A DNA stretch of 64,000 nt from the human T2T-CHM13v2.0 reference genome, Homo sapiens. Both the position numbers and the translations under genes were made by a program. The notes under the pieces were generated by a model. That model made no database searches, was not told the origin of the DNA, and saw only the letters and a program-made list of their open reading frames with translations. The stretch lies in the NCBI RefSeq assembly GCF_009914755.1, contig NC_060933.1, one strand, 5' to 3'. Positions 60,901 through 64,000 of the stretch are shown piece after piece (position 1 is the first letter of the stretch; each line of letters starts with the position of its first letter).

Positions 60901-62130
60901 ATAATTTGCAATATTGTAAGCATAAAAATAATATTCAGTCTCCTATCAAAAACTATGACATAAACTCATACAGCATTTCTAAAGAGCAATTTTGGAATAC
61001 GTCTCAAAAGCATTTTAAAGGTGCTTATACTTTCATTTGGAAAGTGCACGTTTAACAATGTATTCTTAGAAAGTAATATTTAGTAAATAATAGTCATTTT
61101 AATGTTTCTTTTACATAGCAATATAATTATCTAATAGTAGGAGACAGGTATATTAATAGTTCATACTTCTATGCAAAATTCTTCAGCAATTCACATCTTG
61201 TTTAAGAAAAATACAGTGTTTGGAAAGTGATGTATTACAGTAGGTTATAAAAATTATGTGCTCCATGGTATTTTGTGCACTTAAATGAGATAAAAATGAT
61301 AGGGTTGCAAAACAAAATGTGGAAGGGGTAAAGGGCCTAAATTGTTGTAAGATACCTGTGTTAGATGGGAAGTGGTAAAAGTACTAATTCAAGGTAGGAC
61401 CCTAATATGCCAAGGATACATATTGTAACACCTTCAGCAAATGAGAAAAATAATTGAAGGTATAATTAATAAACTAATAAGGAAGAAATATAGTCATGCA
61501 ATTAAAATTGGTTGCGAATATAAGGCAAATTGTTTGTATCCCAATATTTGAATTGTATAACATGGCATTCTGGTAATCCCATCGTGTGGCACCATGTTTT
61601 CCAAGGTTTTCTCCCATTATGCTGTCTCTTTCCTTGTGTGTATTTGGATGTATTCTTCCCATTTAAAGTGCTTCTTTCCTATTTTCACCTTTTATAAATT
61701 CAAACCATCCTACAATTTTCAAATGTTTTAAATTATATCACATAGGTGACTTTCAAATCTACTTTTCTTCCATTATCAATGTGGTAAATTATTTCAGATT
61801 TTCCCTATCACGCATATTATTAATCTGGGCTAAATGTGTGGGAAATACAAATTTAAATTAAAAAATAACAAAAAAGTTAAAAAGTAGAGGTGGAACTAAT
61901 ATGCTATAAATAATTACAATACAATGTCACAAGAAGGCTGCTAAATAGTCCAGTATGTACACAATGTGGAATATAATGTTTTGAATGAGACATTTTTTAA
62001 GAAGGTGAAAGTTGAGAGCAACAGTTAGTTAATACTAACATTTTCTAGTAATGAGAGTGAAATATAATTCACTTGTTTATTTTGATAGGAGAAAATAGTT
62101 TGGTTAATTCTGATTTACCAGTAGAATTAA

Positions 62131-62504
<374 letters not shown>

Positions 62505-63009
62505 CTAAGCAGAAGATAGTTTCTGGTGAGTCTTCCTGTCTCCTTTTGCCTCCTTTCATCAATAACCTGGCTTCCCTGATTTCTATGTTATTGTTGCATA
62601 TATAAATTAATTTTGTGATATGGCTGAATAGTCAAATAGTTCTGATTATAGCTTTATCCAGAAATATATCTCTTGAATCTTTATTCTTAGATCCACGCAA
62701 TGCACCTGATCAAGCAAGATATTACCCATGCCCTTGTCTAGCCTAGGATCATGAGAAATATACACATATGGTACCTATTTCTTCAAAAATATTCATATCT
62801 GTTATCCTAAAATCCCTGGCCAGGACATGCCCCGTCATAGGCTTTGATTTATTATTTACTGAATAAATGAATAAGCATAAACAATAAATTGGTTCTTAGG
62901 AACATGAGTTTTCAATGTTTGTTTGTTGCTTTGTTGCTTCCAAGGGCACCATCCTAGTCTATCTGTTTCATGAAGGTCTCATAACATAAACTATGTGGAT
63001 AATGCCCTG

Positions 63010-63122
63010 GGGATTATGCAGTTTATCAATCCTGTGTGTTTCTGGTAGAAACGAAGGGACATTGCTCTCTGAGATTATACTTTATCAACCCTGTGTGTTT
63101 CTAGTAGAAGAGAAGGAATAGC
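63010..63122. repeat. Diverged ~60-bp tandem duplication
   Basis: gattatgcagtttatcaatcctgtgtgtttctggtagaa versus gattatactttatcaaccctgtgtgtttctagtagaa. Confidence 0.8.
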
Positions 63123-64000
63123 ATGATCAAAGTTGGAGCCGGGAAATGTATAGCATCTTTGAATAGTGTGAGTAGTATTGTAAGCTAAAATGCATCACAT
63201 GGTAGGACAGGGTTAGAAGGATGATTTAGCTTTATTGATAAGGTCTACAGATTCTATACTAAAAAAACTTGAACTTTATCCTTTGGCCTATTGGGAATTA
63301 TCAAAGTTGTTATGAAAATTATATAATTATATTGATTTAATTTAAAAAACAGTGGAATGATAGATGAATGGTGAAAGAAGGAATGAACACTGGGGTCCTC
63401 TTGGGAAGATGATTGCAAAATTTCAAGTGAAATATAGTGAAGCTTTGAATTTGAAAGTGGAAGTGAAATAGAGAAAGAATTACGTCAAGAATGATTTCAT
63501 CTCTGAAACAAATTTTGAGTGAGATTTTAGGTAAAAAGGATAAGGGAGTTCCTTCAGTGGTGGGGGGAAGATTTTAAACATATTATAATGCTGTTCTCTG
63601 TCACTAGGAACAAAAAATGAAGGATGTACAGAAGAATATAAGGAATTCTGTGTTGTAATTTTTGAGCTTGAAGACAGTGAAAAATTAGTATCTAGAGAGA
63701 AAGACAGCGGTTTAAAATAGAGATTTTTGAGTCTCCAGTATTAATCATTTAAAAGAATCATTACCTCATAAAACCAAATCATTGTTTTAAGTCAGACTCT
63801 ATATTCTCCGCAAAGAAATTCCACACTTATCCCACATAACTTAATACGAACATGAATTTCTTTTAAATTTAGCTAGTTTTTTCACACATTTATGTGTTGA
63901 TCTACAAATATTGCTTATAACCTGAAGTATTAGAATAGCCAATCACACATTTACTGTTACGTTGAGGGAACATAAAGTGTGTATAAACTGGAATCATATC

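Overview
Primate (probably human or great-ape) non-coding genomic DNA that is AT-rich and dominated by interspersed repeats. I found no host protein-coding exon. The only long ORFs belong to a full-length but inactivated L1PA2/L1PA3 LINE-1 on the minus strand (~1.97-8.0 kb); the other ORFs in the track are Alu, L1, LTR or low-complexity artefacts. Also present: about 14 Alus, older L1 copies, several solo LTRs (MLT1B x2, LTR8, THE1, MER68/77-like, LTR27/MER52-group), a two-LTR non-coding ERV1 provirus (MER67-like LTRs, tRNA-Ser PBS), a MER57-type ERV 3' half with fossil integrase/env motifs, a U6 snRNA pseudogene, a (GATA)11 STR and several tandem duplications. The most unusual feature is a ~472-bp AT-rich quasi-palindrome (23541-24012) whose non-repetitive outer arms and perfect 74-bp inner arms share one symmetry axis (PATRR-like). 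I see no evidence for a novel multi-gene system. Repeat subfamily names are from recalled consensus sequences, not a database search, and boundaries of old repeats are approximate.
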